From Chrysomallon squamiferum (Eukaryota; Animalia; Mollusca), in the NCBI GenBank assembly GCA_012295275.1, contig CM022674.1, forward strand, positions 2,976,001-3,040,000: 64,000 bases of DNA, given 5' to 3'. Shown one piece after another: positions 60,879 through 64,000 of the stretch. A program made the position numbers and the translations under genes. Position 1 is the first letter of the stretch, and each line of letters opens with the position of its first letter. A model generated the notes under the pieces. It worked only from the letters and a program-made list of their open reading frames with translations, did not search any database and had not been told where the DNA came from.

Positions 60879-62002
60879 TGGATTCAAATGGTTACGATGC
60901 CAACGCCACCACCCACCAACACGACAGCAACGTGCCCGAGTCCGGGCTGCCGGCGTTCCAGGCCTGGTTCGGCAACATCCACGGGTACGCCAGCGTCATC
61001 GTGTCCATTTTCGGCGTCTTCACCAACATCTTCAACATCACCATCCTCTCCCGTAGGGACATGCGCACACCCACCAACATCCTCCTCACGTGCCTGGCCG
61101 TTTCGGACATCCTCACCATGCTTCCTTACATTCCCTTCGCCATCCACTTCTACTGCCCGCCGGTCCAGCCCACGTTGTCGCCGGCCAAGTTCAGCTTCTC
61201 GTGGGTGATGTACATGCTGTTCATGATAAACCTGACGGCCACGACGCACACGATCTCCATCTGGCTGGGAGTCTCCCTGGCCGTCTTCAGGTTCGTTCAG
61301 ATGAGGTCGACGAGCCGAGGTCCTCTCGCCAAGGAGAGGAGAATCAGCCAGGCGAAGCTCATATCTCTCCTGGTGACCGTGCTCTCCTCTCTCATTCTCA
61401 TACCCAACTACATGACGAACGAGATCGAGAAGCACGCGCTGCCGGACAACTCGACGTTTTATTCCATCAAGGACCTCAAGCTGGCGACCAACGAAACGAA
61501 GCGAGTCGTGCTCTTCAACGTCGTCACGTACGCGGCCGTGGCCAAGGTCATCCCCTGCGTGCTCATGATCGTCTTCAGCGGCTCCCTCGTTTACACGCTC
61601 TCCTTGAAAGGCAAGAGCAGGCGGAAACGGCTCGCCGCTTCCGGGAAGAAGTCCAAGAAGGACTCTCGCCAAACGACGACCACGCGGATGTTGTTAGTTG
61701 TTATCGTGTTGTTCCTGCTCACGGAGTTTCCCCAGGGGGTGCTAATTTTGGCGTCCGCATCGATTCCCGGCTTTTACGGCAGTGTTTACATGCCGCTCGG
61801 CGACCTCATGGACTTCGTCGCTCTCGTTAACAACGCCATAAACTTCGTTCTCTACTGCATCATGAGCCAGCAGTTCCGCGCGAGGTTTTTCGAGATGTAC
61901 CTGCGCAGAACGGTGACGTTGAAACCTCTGGAAGAGAGCATGACGACCACGGAACGCATGTACCTGAAAGAGCCCGCCACAAAAGTGACTTCTACGGAAT
62001 AA
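60878..62002 (+). CDS. Class A (rhodopsin-like) neuropeptide GPCR, myosuppressin receptor / dmsr-1 / FMRFamide-receptor-like, 374 aa, CDS without introns
   Basis: Seven hydrophobic segments with family-typical motifs: HGYASVIVSIFG..TN (TM1), MRTPTNILLTCLAVSD..M..Y.P (TM2), HTISIWL..LAVFRF (TM3), K..PC (TM5), TTRMLLVVIVLFLLTEFPQG (TM6), YMPLGDLMDFVALVNNAINFVLYCIMSQQFR (TM7/H8). N-glycosylation sequons NAT (N-terminus), NST and NET (ECL2). Markedly GC- and GC3-rich relative to the flanks. An in-frame TGA at 60845-60847 means the CDS cannot extend upstream of ATG 60878 within this exon. Confidence 0.95.
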   Translation: MDSNGYDANATTHQHDSNVPESGLPAFQAWFGNIHGYASVIVSIFGVFTNIFNITILSRRDMRTPTNILLTCLAVSDILTMLPYIPFAIHFYCPPVQPTLSPAKFSFSWVMYMLFMINLTATTHTISIWLGVSLAVFRFVQMRSTSRGPLAKERRISQAKLISLLVTVLSSLILIPNYMTNEIEKHALPDNSTFYSIKDLKLATNETKRVVLFNVVTYAAVAKVIPCVLMIVFSGSLVYTLSLKGKSRRKRLAASGKKSKKDSRQTTTTRMLLVVIVLFLLTEFPQGVLILASASIPGFYGSVYMPLGDLMDFVALVNNAINFVLYCIMSQQFRARFFEMYLRRTVTLKPLEESMTTTERMYLKEPATKVTSTE

Positions 62003-62354
62003 CATAGGCTTTGGGGGTAAAAAACAAAAAAACAAAAAATAAAAAACAAAAAACAAAAAAACAACTATATATTTAATAACTAATCTTTCCGATATGTCGG
62101 AAACTGCGCTTGTTCTGTTATTCGTCCCATTCAGTAAATGATATGTGTGTATGTGTGTGGCATTGGCAGAAAAATTAATATGTCTGCAAATGTGTTTGTA
62201 ATAATATTGTAATAATAATGACAATAATAATCATAATAATGACTGAATTTTAAAGTAATATAAAAGAGTGGATTTTTGTAATCAATATTTTTCTAAGAAT
62301 GTGACTGTCGTTGACGTTGTTGTTGTTTTTGTTATTTTTATTATGATGATTATG

Positions 62355-62402
<48 letters not shown>

Positions 62403-62716
62403 TTATATTATTATTATTATTATTATTGAGTTTTGTAATCTTGTGTAATAATTATGTAGATATAAATAAGCAGAATGTAAAAAATATTATTACTCTTTGA
62501 AAATATATATATATTATGATGAATAAATACATAAATATTTATCTTAGAAAAGGTTTGTGTTAGAAAAACATAAATATACTACTCTGGCAGAAAGAGCGAG
62601 AAGAAGAGACAGTGACACAGAAAGAGAGGGACAGAGACAGAGAGAGACAGAAAGAGACACAAATGGAGAAATCGACACAGAGAACACAAAGAAGGAAGGG
62701 AGAGCGAGACAGAGAG

Positions 62717-62789
<73 letters not shown>

Positions 62790-62791
62790 AG

Positions 62792-62935
<144 letters not shown>

Positions 62936-63653
62936 TGCTTTTTTTTTACTAATACATCAACTACATGTCGAGGTGTTTTCAAATAAATCGTTTTCCCTAC
63001 GATTAATACAATAATCGATCACTTTCTGACACGTTTCTCAAAATAATTCATTTTCTGTTTGAACTGGTCGAAAGGTTTATTATTTACTGGCGTTTTTACA
63101 AAATAAATCCTGCTCAATACACAATCAGTCATCGCAGCAGTATAATTCATGCAGGGGTGAAACATAAACCATTATAAACCGTTCACGATGAAGTTTCGAT
63201 TCCAGTGACTTCGTACAAATCCAGCCTTTTCTCTAAGATTTGTACACAAAAATCTATAGTATCTGTTGTTGTTCTTTTCAGTGTCAGTACATATACAAAA
63301 TACGCTATTAGATAAATGTACAGTATGTTTTTCTAATCTAAAAGATCCCTGAGAGTGATATAAAATAAGTATTTGATGTACAACACCTGATAACAGAAAT
63401 GTAATGAATAAACCCCCAAGGGTTATCGTTATTAAAATTGTGTTCGATATACAAAAGCGAATATTAGAAAATTAATCAATGTTTTGTTAGACTTATTCCT
63501 CTATAAAAAAATAATAATAATAAATAAATAAACTGCAAAGGAAATTAATTATTAATCACCAAAGGGTTTCTAATATTGGAATCTAGATTTGTAGTATTTT
63601 TATTTGAAGATGATTAGAATCCTGTAATTATACTGTTATAAGTGAAGTTATGG

Positions 63654-63790
63654 CTAGGGTTAGGGTTAGGGTTAGGGTTAGAGTTAGGGTTAGGGTTAGG
63701 GTTAGGGTTAGGGTTAGGGTTAGGGTTAGGGTTAGGGTTAGGGTTAGGGTATGGTTCAGGGTTAGGGTTAATGTTAGAATTAGGGTTAGA
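63654..63790 (+). repeat. Interstitial telomeric-type repeat (TTAGGG)n
   Basis: 16 hexamers at 63654-63749 (14 perfect TTAGGG, one CTAGGG, one TTAGAG), then degenerate units to ~63790. A second degenerate array starts at ~63940. Confidence 0.95.
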
Positions 63791-64000
63791 TTAAATTATC
63801 TATTTACTTCAAGAGAGTTATTGGTAAAACTTGAAAGATCTTGTGATGAGTTTAGGATAATGTTTCAGATACGTTTGTTTTTGACAAAAACATTAATTTA
63901 ATACAGTTTATCAAATCATTGTTATAAGTAAAGTTATGACTAGGGTTAGGGATAGTGTTAATGTTAGGTTCAGAGTTAAGAATAGCACTAGGGTTAAGTT

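Noticed and set aside
60884-61830. 262-aa antisense ORF and 246-aa/106-aa alternative-frame ORFs over the GPCR
   Set aside because: These are shadow ORFs expected from high GC3 codon usage and give no recognisable protein.
62038-62527. Poly(A) signals AATAAA at 62038 and 62522
   Set aside because: AATAAA is very common in this AT-rich DNA, so the 3' end cannot be assigned from sequence alone.
63654-63790. True chromosome end
   Set aside because: The array is short and followed by non-telomeric sequence, so it is interstitial.

Overview
AT-rich animal genomic DNA that is very dense in microsatellites. It is most likely from a mollusc (gastropod-like), inferred from a TTAGGG telomeric-type repeat, degenerate Meta/MESC-type SINE remnants recognised from memory, and the receptor sequence. 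The only credible protein-coding gene is an intronless 374-aa class A neuropeptide GPCR of the myosuppressin-receptor/dmsr-1-like group at 60878-62002 (+). It is preceded by a splice acceptor and a short 5'UTR segment carrying three uATGs. The preceding ~60 kb is non-coding (intergenic or 5'UTR introns). It holds about 25 long (AG/CT)n tracts, minisatellites, local tandem duplications, old SINE fragments, a Tc1/mariner 3'-end remnant, CpG-rich patches with CRE/CCAAT motifs, and an old ~400-bp-arm inverted repeat whose internal hairpin shows a compensatory base change. An interstitial (TTAGGG)n array, apparently part of a ~286-bp repeated unit, lies 1.65 kb downstream of the gene. Nearly all other ORFs in the track are microsatellite artefacts. 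I found no evidence for a new multi-gene system. The findings are structural and regulatory hypotheses.
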